Shown piece by piece: positions 13,141 through 37,169 of a stretch of DNA of 64,000 bases; position 1 is the first letter of the stretch, and each line of letters opens with the position of its first letter. A program made the position numbers and the translations under genes. The stretch covers positions 9,300,001-9,364,000 of the forward strand of contig NC_087459.1 of NCBI RefSeq assembly GCF_036321535.1, read 5' to 3'. Origin of the DNA: Camelus dromedarius (lineage: Eukaryota). A model generated the notes under the pieces. That model was given only the letters and a program-made list of their open reading frames with translations, did no database searches and was not told the origin of the DNA.

Positions 13141-13345
13141 TTTTAGTAGAAAAATCTGATCTGGCCCATTCTTCCCTCTAAGTGTGAATATTCATATAAT
13201 TCTTGACAGAAATATTAATGTTTTTGATTATGGGGTGATGCCCCAGACCCATGAATGGGTGGTGTTACATATAAATGTTAACATGCACCTTACTAGCTTT
13301 CTAAAATCTGAGACATTTTGAATTCTGAAACACACCTGCTTCAGG
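13140..13345 (+). mobile_element. 3' half of the MER96-like DNA transposon
   Basis: gtgtgaatattcatata...tgattatggggtgatgccccagaccc...ttctaaaatctg...gtggacctgta. Confidence 0.5.
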
Positions 13346-14199
13346 GTTTTGTGGACCTGTAATACTGACCTCATGGAAGGCTTAGCCTAGTGTCTGGGGT
13401 ATAGATCCTGCAATAACTGTTATAAGCAATGCTCTGAATAGTAATTGAAAGAATACACAAAATACAACGGTCCCATGGGTGTAAGTGACTTGTGTTGGAG
13501 CAGAGAGGGCTACTGTGTTGCTATAATGTTATAATTGAAAGAAAAACAGAGAGAAAAAGGGAGAGGACTCCAATTCTGAGAGGAAGCCACAGTGTTATCA
13601 AAAGATTCACTCAGCAGGGGATGAGTCAGTAACTGAAACAGGAGGGGGCAGTCACTTGCCATCTGAAGTGACTCTAGTGCCTAGGAGAGTGAGGGATGAG
13701 GGGAGGGACCCCCACAAGGGCCTATATGGAAGACTCACCCTACATCCTATGGGGACCCTTCCTCTGCCTCCATCCACCTCAGGAAACCCATCCCAGAGTT
13801 TCTCAAAGTGAACCAGGGAGTCAGGTTACCCTAGGGTACTGGTTAAAAGTACAGCCTCCAAGTCCAGGCCCAGCACATTCAGGGACATTGGGCACCTGCA
13901 TCTTAAACCAATTCTCAGACCATTCCAATGTCACTACGTTGTAGCACCGCAGGCGTGACCAAAAAGCTTAGGGGGTGGGATAGGGGAGGTAGAAGAAGCA
14001 GGGACTCCCGGTGAATCCAGGGTAGCCCTGAACAGAGACTAGGCTGGGATAACTTTTTCAGCCTTCAGGGGCCTCACCCTCTCACTGGGCTGGACACATC
14101 TGCTGACCACGGTCTACTGCACTAGACTGTGAGTTCCTCCTGGGCAGGGCCACAGCTGATTCACCTTCGTGGGCGTGGGGAAACCCTGGTGAGCAGAGT

Positions 14200-15400
14200 T
14201 GAGCAAACCAGCTGTCACGGGGGAGGAACTGCAGATGGAAGGGTCGGTGGGGCTTTTCCTGGGGACGAACGCGTAAAGGGGGAGCAGTCGCTGGGCGAAG
14301 GGGCTTCCGGAAGACGGGTGATAGGGAGGCGGGAGGAGGAGGAGGGCAGGGGCAAGTCACCCGGGAGCCAGTAGAGGGGAAGTGGGCGGGGCCGCCCGGG
14401 GCAAGGCTGACCCAGGGAGGGTTTATCAGAGGGGCGGGGCCGGACCCAGCCGGACAGTGAGACGTGGGGCTGTTGGGATGAGAAAGGGGGCTGGAGTGGG
14501 TGATGGGGGAGACAGATCCGGGGAAGGGCTGTCAGAGGGCGAGGGGTTGCCGGGGAGGGAGGTAGAAAGGAGAAGGAGGCAGTCCCGCCCTAGAAGCGTC
14601 AGGGCCAGGTATGGGCTCACCTGGGGCGGGTGGGTGGGGCGCAGCTCAGCGAGGTCCCAGATTCCGGGTCGGCAGAGGGCGCGGGAGCCCTCAGAGCGGT
14701 CAGGCGGTCCGGGGTCTATGGTCGACGGCTCCCCACGCCCGGGCGGGAGGACTATCTGAAGGGGGAACGGCCCGTGAACGCGCGCGGAACCGACTCGCGC
14801 CAAAAATTCCAAACCGGACTCGAAGCCCCGCCCAGGAACGCCTCTTACCCCACCGCCTCCCCGATGTAGCCTATCAGAGATGGTCACCCTGCTGGGGCTC
14901 TGCCCTGACGTCCCTGCGTGCGCGTAGCCGATCCCGCCCCGTGGGCTCAGCGGCCGAGCGCGCTCACTGCGCAAGCGCCAGCCTCCTGGGCGCTGGCTGG
15001 GGGCGGAGGTCTGTGCAGCATGGCTTTCAGGCTGAGGCGGCACTTGGGCCCCTCCGGCTGGGTTTTGAGGACTCCGATGGACCTCCGGACCTCGACCGAC
15101 CTCCAGACTCTGGCCCTGGCACCCACAGCCCTCTGGGCTGGCTCAGTTTCTGCATCTATAAAAGGAACCGGTCACTGCGTTTCGCCCCTGAGGTGTAGCC
15201 CCAAGAAGCGGTCACTTGGGGCTGAACAGGAAGTCCGGCGGCCTCCGGGGTCCCCTGGCGTCCCTGCGAGGTGGCGTGCCCAGGCCTCACTGGCTCCCTC
15301 ATGCCTGCCGTGTACTGCACTGGGGAAGCGGTGGGGAATGCCACACAGACATCCCCCACCCCACCCCCGGAACGCGCGGCTTCGTGAAGTAGAAAATTCT
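14200..15400 (-). promoter_or_regulatory. PKMYT1 CpG-island promoter and non-coding first exon(s), with E2F site
   Basis: High CpG; TTTTGGCGCG on - strand at 14796-14805; candidate - strand donors at 14621 (CAG|GTGAGC) and ~14164 (AAG|GTGAAT). Confidence 0.7.
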
Positions 15401-16329
15401 GCCTCTGACGGGAAGCCTCCTGCTTCCAGGCCTCAGACCTCCAGGCAGCCCTTCTCATCCTTTGGATTTGAAACAAGCTCCACTCAAACCTCCCTTAGCC
15501 CCTTCCTGGCTGAACGACCTTGGAAACGCACTGGGCCTTTCTGAGCTTCGGATTAGTCTTTCTCTCTGGTAAAAATGGAGCTGATGACGCTTCCCTCAGG
15601 GAACTGGAGGTTCAAATAGGATGATCCCCTTAAAGTTCTTAGCAGGGGGGCCGGCGCAGAGCAAGCGCTGATTCCTAACAGTAGGCTGGGGTTTGCTTCT
15701 TCCTTCACCAGAGGGGACCTTTTTATCCATTTAACAGGATCTAGATGGGTCATGCTTTTAGGCCACCATCCCTAGAATGCTCCCCATCTCATCACATCTC
15801 CTTTCCCCCCTTATTTTCATATAGCATTTATCTCTATCTGAAATTCTGTCTTTATCGGTTTACTCATTGACCACCTGCCCCCACAAGTTGCTGAAAGGTC
15901 ATGGACTGCAGGGCTCCCAGCCAACTGTGCTGCTGACACCTTCAGCAAACACTCCACTGCATGGACCAGCACTAGAGGCATCCTGGGTTAGGTCCAAGAC
16001 CCAGAACTTCTCTGGGGGCTACAGCCCACCTCCATCCTCCCTTCCTTTGCATTAGCATATCTGGCAGCCACAGCCCCTGTCACTCAGGCTGAATCCTTGT
16101 TAAAGACCCCAGGTTTGCCCCAGGAAACCCCAGGGAGCAAGCACACCCCTTTCCAGCTGCCATCCCCTCTGCCAGCCACATCTCCAGGAGTCCTGGACTC
16201 AGGTCCTCTTCCAACTGTCCATTCTTGAAAGTCTAATTCATAATGACTTTAAAATTGTTCTAGTTGAAAAATATACTTCCAATGGACATTTCACTGTATA
16301 GAAGGGCTATAATATAAAATTAAGTACAG

Positions 16330-16560
16330 ATACCAGGTAAGGGCTTGGGCTATGGAGTCAGGGAATTTAGCGCTCCAACCCTGCTCTGCCACACAGAATC
16401 TCTGCAATCAGAGGCAAATTGTTTTATGTCTCTGGGCCTGTATTTTCCACATTTATAAAATGGGGATGATAATAGTAGTTCCGATCTCCTTGGGTATATG
16501 AACACTAAATGAGAAAAGGACATGGTCAAGCATGCAGTAGGAACTTACTCATTGTTTAAT
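16330..16560 (+). mobile_element. MIR remnant
   Basis: tctctgggcctgtattttccacatttataaaatggggatgataatagtag. Confidence 0.55.
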
Positions 16561-18289
16561 CATAAAAGTAACACTCCCTCAAGTGTATAGTGTTTTGCAG
16601 TTTTCAAAAAAGCTGCCTGGGCCAAAAGGAGGCCCCTGGAGGACACTTGGAGCCAGGACCCCTGCACCCACCTGGGGGTCAAAAGGTTTGAGACCAAAAC
16701 GCTTGGCTGGTGCTCCATCCAGGAGGAAGCCTCCCAAACTCTGCCCAGGCATGGGATTCCCCAGGTCCTGCAGGCAGGTCCACGTGAGAGCCAGCTTGAA
16801 CCGGGCGCCCCCGTGCGACCTGTCTCCGAAACAGCACCTTGGGCCGGAGGAGACTCTCCCTGAAGATGCATTCACTACTCACTAGCAAAACCCCTCCAGG
16901 AATGGGGCCGCAAAATTGGAATAATGTGACTTTAGAAAGGCAAGGAAAAGACAAGAGTGGCCACAAGTGCGAACGTGGCTACGCTAACAGGAAAGAAGAG
17001 ATTGCAGTGGGCGCTTCTGGGCAGCTGGCTGTGTTCTATTTCTTGACCTCTGTGCCAGATGCATGGGTGCTTTATACGTATTTGTTATATTGTACATTCC
17101 TGTCTCATGCAGGCTCTTGTTTGGATGCTATTTTTCACACTGCCACAAGGTTTTGGTTTTGTTTGTTTGTTTTTAAAATAAACTGACAGGTGGGTGGGGA
17201 GAGGGAGCTAATAGAAGTCAGCTTTGCACAGCACAAGTGCCTGGGGGTGACTGAGGTGTCCCCGAGGTGCCTGATGCAGGGATCTAGGCTGAAGAGCTGC
17301 CAGATAGAGGGCTGGGGTGTGACTTGAGGGGCCTTTAGCACAGCTGCGTGTTCAGAAGATGCCTGACCTGCAGGCCCCTGGCCTTCCCAGATTCCCACCC
17401 TAGCAGGTGCTGCTGCTGTGAGCAGCTGGCTGGGAGCCCACTGACCCAGGCTGTGCTATTTTAGATAATGCCCTTCTTGAGCCTCCGTCTTGGACTTTCA
17501 GCACCCCCGCTGTCTCTTTGCCCTGGGATCCCAACTCCGGCCCCTCAAAGTTGCTTCTCTATTCAGAGGCTAAGCCATGTCCCCTCACACCTGAGAGCTA
17601 AGGGTAGGCCAGGCCCTGGCTCCATCAGAGACCCTCTCGACCCCTAAGCTGTTCATATACTCTCAGGCTGGCCCTGCCAGGGCAAGGCTGGGGGTGAACT
17701 GAGGAAACTGGTCTTGCTGGGGGCGGAGGTGGTGACATTACAGGGACCAGGGGTGCCCAACTAGGCCGGGCCCTTGTCCCAGGCAGTCAGCTGGCCCAAG
17801 GCCCCAGATTGGTTGGCATTTTCCATAAGCCCATGCCAGCACCCAGGCAGTCTGGCAGTGGTAGCTGGCGCTGGCTTTCCCTTTGGCAGGGGCCAAGCAG
17901 GCGCGCAGCCGGTACCTCCTGCATGGTCCCTCCTGGTCTCCCCGCCTGCCTCCTCCTGGGCCAAACTTTCCTGGCAGCCTGCAGGGTGGGCTGTATGTCT
18001 GTGTCTGGGTCTGTGCAGGGGGTCCTCAGCCATCCCAGGTCTGAAGCAGACCCCTTGGACCCAGACTGGCATGGAGTGGGCAGACAGCAAAGTGGTGTCT
18101 GGGATAATAGGTCTGCTGCTGCCAGAAGCGTGTGGATGAACCGAGTGGAGGGTTGTGGACTCGAGCCTGTGAATTGCCTGGCTTCAAGTCCCAGCTCCGC
18201 TGCTCAGTTGTACAACCTGGGCCAAGTCCCTTCTCTTCTCTGCCTCTGTTTCCCCACCTGTAAAATGGGGTAAGAAGTAGCTCCCGACT

Positions 18290-18740
18290 TTATTTTTTTT
18301 ATTTGAGATATTTTTATTTATTTTTTAACTGAAGTGTAGTCAGTTTACAACATTGTATTAATTTCTGATATACAGCATAGTGATTCAGTTATACACATAC
18401 ATACTTTTCATATTCTTTTTCATTACAGGCCATTACAAGATATTGAGTATAGTTTCCTATGCTATACTGTAGGACCTTGTTTATTTCCCCCACTCCATTT
18501 TTAAAAATTATTTATTTTTTAAATTTTATTTTTTATTGAAGTATAGTTGATTTACAATGTTAGTTTCAGGTGTACAGCAAAGCAATTCATTTATACATAT
18601 ATATATTTTTTTAGATTCTCTTCCATTATAGCTTATTACAAGAGATTAAATATAGTTCCCTATACAGTAGGTTTTTGTTATCTGTTTCATATATAGTATT
18701 GTGTATCTGTTAATCCCAAACTCCTAATTTATCCCTCCCC
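18290..18740 (-). mobile_element. Two adjacent L1 3'-end fragments
   Basis: tttttttaactgaagtgtagtcagtttacaac...tgatatacagcatagtgattcag; ttttattgaagtatagttgatttacaatgtt...gtagtattgtgtatctgttaatcccaaactcctaatttatccc. Confidence 0.7.
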
Positions 18741-18744
18741 CCCC

Positions 18745-18848
18745 TTTTATTTTTATTTATTTATTTCTAAAATAGAGGTACTGGGGATTGAACCTGGGAC
18801 CTTGTGCATGCTGAGCACATGCTCTATCACTGACTTCTACCCACTTCC
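18745..18848 (-). mobile_element. Camelid tRNA-derived SINE (Vic-1-like)
   Basis: gaggtactggggattgaacctgggaccttgtgcatgctgagcacatgctctatcactga; same family at five other positions. Confidence 0.75.
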
Positions 18849-20802
18849 TTCCCCTACTATAGAGGCAAGCAGATAGACTCAGGGAAGTGGGATTCCTACT
18901 CAAGCTCCTCAGCCCAGTAGAGCTGGTATTTGAACCCAGTCTGAACCCAAATCCAGTGCCCAGGTTACTGATCACTGGCCACTCAGCTGCCCTCCATGAG
19001 CAGGCCAGGGAACCAGTGCCTGGTGCCATGGGGCAGAGCAGGTGGCCTGGCAGGCGAGCCCTCCCCAGGGAATCAGAGTGGACTGTCCCAGCTGTCCCAG
19101 GCTCTTATGGGTGGTTGGGGCCAGGGGCCACCCCTGTGCTCCTCCCAGCAGCCAGTAAAGCCCACAGGACTCCAAGTCATGGCTGCCTGCCAGGCAGGGC
19201 AGGAAGTAGGTGTGTGGGGAGCTGTGCTGGTGCACCGGGCTGAGGGTACCCAGCAGGAACAGAGGGGCCTTGTGCAAAGGTGGGTCTGTTGGGGGGTAAG
19301 AGAGGGTGGGTGCTGCCAGCACAGTTGCATGGCATGTGCACTCACATGAGCATGCCCCCTGGGTGCAGGCCCTGGTGTGGGGAGAGAGAGTGGCAAGGGT
19401 GCAGTCCAGGGTGTGGGTGGGAGGGGAGGCAGAGAGGGAGGTGGGATGCAGGTGAATCTCAGTGCCTGGGGGCACTGCAAGGGAGTGGGTACCTGGTAAA
19501 AGCCCTGCAGTCCACTGGTGGCTGAACCAAGGGCCCCCATAGGTGTTGTGGGCTCAGAGGCCTCACCTTGAAAAGCCCCTCTACCCGTTGTTGTCCACTT
19601 CTTACTCCAGCCTCTCTCCAGGCCCCACCCTGCCCGGCTACCTGGGGTGGTAGGCTGGACTCCTTAGCCAGAGGTGCCCCAGAGGGGCTGGCTGGGCAGG
19701 GGGCAGGCCAGCAGATAGAGTGTGGGGCCTCTGGACTAGGATCCAGGAGCCCTGAATCACTGCTGTCTCCAGCCAGCCCAGTGGGGTCCACAGACTCCCT
19801 GGATGAGGTAGGGGCTGGTGTCCAGACCCCCCTATTCCTGGCATTTCCCAGGCCTACCTCTCCTGGCCTCCTGGCCTCAGCTCCCCACCAAGCCCCCTGT
19901 GCCTGGCCCTGCTTCAGGCTCCTCTGCCTGCCCTGAGGAAGGGAATGGAGAGTGGTTACTAACCCCCAGGGACCCTTCTTGCAATCCTGCCCCTTCCTGC
20001 TCCTGCAATGCTGCCCCCACTGCATCCTGAGCAATGATACCTGCTCCCCTCCACAAATTCTGTCCCTTATAGTTAAGAGTCAGTGCTGCTGGAGCAGAGC
20101 AGGAGATGGAGGTAGAGCTGGGAGGGCCTCATGCAACAGGTAGACCCCGGCCAAGCCTTCAGGAAAGAGTGTAGACTCTTGGACATGCTGAGCATGGGGT
20201 GACCCATCCCTGTGTGTCACCGTCCTTCATGGAACGGAGGCTCAGGCCCACTCTTGCAAACCCAGCTTCAGCTGGGGGCAAAGGGCCATCTCCTGGTGTG
20301 GTCCCTGTGCTCTCCAGGGTTAGATGGGTTAATAGACTGGCTCTTCTTGTGAACAGGCCTGCCTGTGGGATACAGTGATACAGTCTGCTACACTGTTCCC
20401 TTGCCACTTACCCCTGTAACACACTGCCTCCTTCGTGTAACACAGTAACTCATTCTGAGTCTCCCCTGCCAGCTACACCCACATTTCTGGGCCTGGTTTC
20501 CCTACCCCCAGCTGTGTTTAGGCTGGGCCTAGGGTGCCTGCCTGCTCCTTGCCAGCTGCTGGGGGGACATCTGAGCCCTCTGGGCCTGGCGCCAGGGCCC
20601 CAGTCCCTGACGGGGGGTGGAGGGGCCTGGGGGTCTAGCTGTCAGCACCCATGATGAATGAAGGATGGGGCAGGGAAGAGGCCCAGGGCTGGACTCATGC
20701 TGAAGGAGGTGGGGGCTGGCCCCCTGGGGTCTGCCAGCAAAGCTTCTACTACTCCCAGTGGGGGGGCCTGGGTGAGGGTCCCCTCCCAGCAGGGGTGTTT
20801 AA

Positions 20803-33622
<12,820 letters not shown>

Positions 33623-33826
33623 GCCCCAGAGCCAATCCACCGCCCATCCTGAGGTCCTCTGTATCAGAGCCTGGTCTGCCAGGCAAGGCTGTCCAAACCC
33701 TCGAGGGCTTGGTCACCTCCCCCCATCACCAAAAAAAAAAAAGCTTAAAAAATAAAATAAATTTAAAAGAAAATAGACCCTCGGGCTTGGCCTCGGGCCT
33801 GGGGTCTCCTGCAGGCTGGAAGTATC

Positions 33827-33832
33827 AATAAA
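33827..33832 (+). terminator. GREP1 polyadenylation signal
   Basis: AATAAA about 200 nt after the stop, followed by GT/T-rich sequence; further AATAAA near 33751. Confidence 0.65.
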
Positions 33833-33924
33833 AGCAATGAGCTTCTCTCTGCTTCTGTGTGCTTCGTGTGAGGGATTGGCTGGCTGGGCTGGGGACAGCC
33901 TGGGCCTGCAGCCTCCAACCAGCA

Positions 33925-34075
33925 CCTTATTCATTCATTCAACAAACATCAATGCAGCTATGAGCCAGAGGCTATGTTCCAGATGGGAGAGATGTGAGAA
34001 CAGAACAAACTCGGGCTTGCCCTTGGGGAGGGGGACATCAAGTGGTCACAATCTAGTGATGGAGCTGCGTCCAAG
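33925..34075 (-). mobile_element. L2 3'-end remnant
   Basis: ttattcattcattcaacaaaca...gccagaggctatgttccagatgggaga...aacaaactc. Confidence 0.55.
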
Positions 34076-34911
34076 TTAAGGGACTTGTGCAGGATTTGTG
34101 TTTTAATTTATAGTTAATTTATTAAAATGATCAAACTAAAAAAAAATCTCATTTTCCTTAAGCCTTTATACTTGATTCTGGACATGATTGTATTGATTAA
34201 TCTTATCATTTGGACGTAAAACTCACTTTTTTTCCACATTCATCCAAAACTCACTTTTATACACTTTGATTAATACTCAGTTAGATTATAAATTTGACAG
34301 ATCAACATCTCCCTAAATATTTAACGTGCTTTACAAGCCTGATTAACTCAATTCTTTTAGACACTTCAAATAATTACACACACAATCTACTTGATCTCTT
34401 AAGGGGTGGGATATGTTGTGGGGTGTGTGTGGCACAAATCCAATCAGCAACTTCCTCTTAAGCACTTGAGGCGCTCTTGGAAATGAATAAATCAGACATT
34501 TAATATCTCAGATTACTGAACGCTTTCAAACATCTTAAAAAGCCAGTTACTGATCCAGTATCAGTAATCAGAACTACTGGATTGCCTTATTTTTCTCATC
34601 CCATGATTACAAATTTAGTAACTCAGAAACATGGAAGTAAATTACTCTCCTATGCTGTGTCCAGAATGGAGGTTGCACAACTGGGGATTGATTTGCTATT
34701 CTGAACTTTGACCCAGGGCTTGGCCAGTCCCAGAAAAAGTCTCTTTGAGCCTCTGTTCTTAGGTTTGTCCTAAGCCCAAACCTCCTGCAACCTGATAAAG
34801 TTTTACCCTAAATGAAGAATTTGAGATGAACAGAGTTGATGGGATTTGGCAGCCTATGAGGAACTCAGCTTGTCTTTCTATGGCCTGATTTAAGATACTT
34901 TTGGTGTAGGT

Positions 34912-35022
34912 GGGGAGGGTAAAGCTCAGGGGTAGAGCGTGTGCCTAGCATGTATAAGGTTCTGGGTTCAATCCCCAGTACCTCCATTAAACAAATAAAT
35001 AAACCCTAATTACCTCCACCCC
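34912..35022 (+). mobile_element. Vic-1-like SINE
   Basis: ggggagggtaaagctcaggggtagagcgtgtgcctagcatg...gggttcaatccccagtacctcc...aaataaaccctaattacctcc. Confidence 0.8.
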
Positions 35023-35312
35023 AGAATATATAACTTAGATGTAGACCAAAACCTGACTGCACTATGCACAAAGTTTTGGGTTGATCAACCTTTAGGAGAT
35101 TGTGTAAACATTGGAATTCTAGCCTGATTTCTCTTAGCCTACCTCAATTAACTTGCTCTATTTGAGAATCATTATAGCGTTTTGCTTTTCCACAGAAGTA
35201 TTGACTCTTTAAGAGATATCCATAGTCTCATCTTGTGTTTCTCTGCCTCAAAGTATGAAATAAACCATATCGTCTTTTTATTTGGGAACAGGATTAAGAG
35301 CCAACATTTGTA

Positions 35313-35469
35313 GCGGGAGGGTATGGCTCAAGTGATAGAGTGCATGCTCGGCATGTAGGTGGTCCTGGGTTCAATCCCCGCGACTTCCTCCAAGCTGAAC
35401 TTAATGAAGAAACCTAATTGCCTCCACGACTGAATACAAACAATACAAGCAAAAAAATAAAGAAGTCTG
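35313..35469 (+). mobile_element. Vic-1-like SINE with 12-bp TSD
   Basis: gggagggtatggctcaagtgatagagtgcatgc...gggttcaatcccc; TSD AAGAGCCAACAT at 35296-35307 and 35470-35481. Confidence 0.8.
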
Positions 35470-35599
35470 AAGAGCCAACATAGGGACACAGGGGCCACGG
35501 AGCTGACTGTCTCAGTGAAGGCAGTGTGTGATATCCTTTCTAACCCACCTAGAAATGTTCTACTATTGCTTTAAGAAAAATTTCTATACTTCGATTTTA

Positions 35600-35745
35600 A
35601 TTTTTTAATTTTTAATTTAATTTTTAATCGAGATATAGTCAGTTTACAGTGCTGTGTCAATTTCTGATGTACAGCACAATGCTTCATACATGAATATACA
35701 TATATTCATTTTCATATTCTTTTTCACCATATATTCCAATTTTAA
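35600..35745 (-). mobile_element. L1 3'-end fragment
   Basis: tttttaatcgagatatagtcagtttacagtgctgtgtcaatttctgatgtacagcac. Confidence 0.6.
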
Positions 35746-35849
35746 ATATATTGACCATTCTCTCCTTTTTCCTGATTGTTATCCATCTGTCATTTACAAC
35801 CGTTCTTAATAACGTTAATGCGAGTGCTACATGTCAAAGTTGGCTTTTT

Positions 35850-35977
35850 ATTTTTTAAATTTTTTTAGGGGGGAGGTAATTAGGTTTATTTATTTTTAGA
35901 AGCAGTACTGGGGATTGAAAACTAGGACCTTGTGTATGCTAAGCATGCGCTCTGCCACTTGAGCTGTATCTCCCCCC
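35850..35977 (-). mobile_element. Vic-1-like SINE
   Basis: gggggaggtaattaggtttattt...gtactgggattgaa...gaccttgtgtatgctaagcatgcgctctgccacttgagc; flanking ttggctttt duplication. Confidence 0.8.
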
Positions 35978-36119
35978 AAGATTGGCTTTTGAACTGATAT
36001 CGTTTCATCTTTTCTATAAGATTATTCAGCGAAAATTTGCAAATTGCATAGATATTGACCTACTAGGAGCAACATTCCAGAATCTCTAAAGACAAATCCC
36101 AAACGAGGAAATCCATGCT

Positions 36120-36445
36120 CTCTCTCATTGGCTGTCGCAGGAATGGGGCGGGGCGGGACGGTTGAGGGTTGCAGCGAATCAGTGGACCCTCAGGCCAGTT
36201 GGGGGCGCCCACTACATAGGCACCGCCTGGCCTCAGGGATAGTTGCGGGTGGAGCCTGCGGCATCTCTGGACACTGTGATCGGCTGGTACTAGGGGAGGG
36301 AGGGAAGAAGCCATTGAAGGAGAGCGCTGCTGCCTCTGATTGGCTGACACTGGTAACTCCAGGCGGCGGGAGAAATGCGTAGGCCGCCAGCGCACTGGCC
36401 TTTGATTGGCTGGAGCGCGTTGGCGCGCGGCTCCGATTGGCTGGG
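36120..36445. promoter_or_regulatory. CpG-island promoter with four inverted CCAAT (NF-Y) boxes and an E2F-like site
   Basis: ATTGGCT at 36127, 36339, 36405, 36436; TTGGCGCG at 36420-36427. Confidence 0.7.
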
Positions 36446-37169
36446 CCGTCCGCAGCGGGCTCGTAGCCACCTGCGGGAAGAACTAAAGATCCGCAGGCTA
36501 CGCGATTGTGACCCTGGAGCGGCGGTGGCAGCAGGGGCGGCCAAGCTGGCGGCGCGGCTTCCTCGCTCCCACTCGCATCCGCGGCTGGCCTGCGCCCGCG
36601 GCCACTCGCGGTTGGGCCGGGCCCGCTTGTCGCTGTCTCTGACCCCGCCGCCCGCGCCGTCCCTGCCGCACCCGCCGTTGCCCGGACTGCCGTCCAGCCT
36701 GAGCCCCGGGCCGCCTGCGCTGCCCTCGGCGCTCGCTCTGGCCGAGCTGCCACCGCTGCCCGCGCTCCCGCTGCGGCCCGAGCCGCTGGCGCCCTGGGGC
36801 CCCAGCGCCCACGTGGCGCTGCCCGAGCTGCCGCCTTCGGCCTGCGCGCCCGCGCCGCCCGCCGCCGCGCTCGCCCTGCAGGGCCTGCCGCGCCTGCCAG
36901 CGCCCTCGCCGCCGCCCGCGCACCTGCCACTGCCGCCGCTGCCCGAGGCCGCAGTCGCCAACACACCAGGGCCGGTGGGCGCGCGCGGCCGTCCGCCCCT
37001 CATCGCCGAGCCGCCCCCGCAGCCGCTGCCGCCGCTGCCCGCGAGGCCCTCGCCCTTCAACCTGCTGGCGCCGCCTGCGCCCAGCGACCCCTGGCAGCTG
37101 CCCGCCTTCCCCCCACAGCTGCGGCCGCCGCCCCCGCCAACCTACTTTTTCCTGTTGCCACCCTGTTGA
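36375..37169 (+). CDS. Uncharacterised Pro/Leu/Ala-rich ORF (264 aa from ATG, or 207 aa from CTG 36546) in a putative two-exon gene
   Basis: Codon-like periodicity (CTG/CCG/CCC/GCG; T concentrated at codon position 2); donor CGG|GTGAGT at 37203, acceptor tttttcctactgctctacag at 37380, AATAAA at 37526 and 37577. Confidence 0.4.
   Translation: MRRPPAHWPLIGWSALARGSDWLGRPQRARSHLREELKIRRLRDCDPGAAVAAGAAKLAARLPRSHSHPRLACARGHSRLGRARLSLSLTPPPAPSLPHPPLPGLPSSLSPGPPALPSALALAELPPLPALPLRPEPLAPWGPSAHVALPELPPSACAPAPPAAALALQGLPRLPAPSPPPAHLPLPPLPEAAVANTPGPVGARGRPPLIAEPPPQPLPPLPARPSPFNLLAPPAPSDPWQLPAFPPQLRPPPPPTYFFLLPPC

Noticed and set aside
15400-20500. Many 80-190 aa ORFs between PKMYT1 and GREP1
   Set aside because: No recognisable domains, codon bias or coherent splice structure; typical of GC-rich intergenic DNA.
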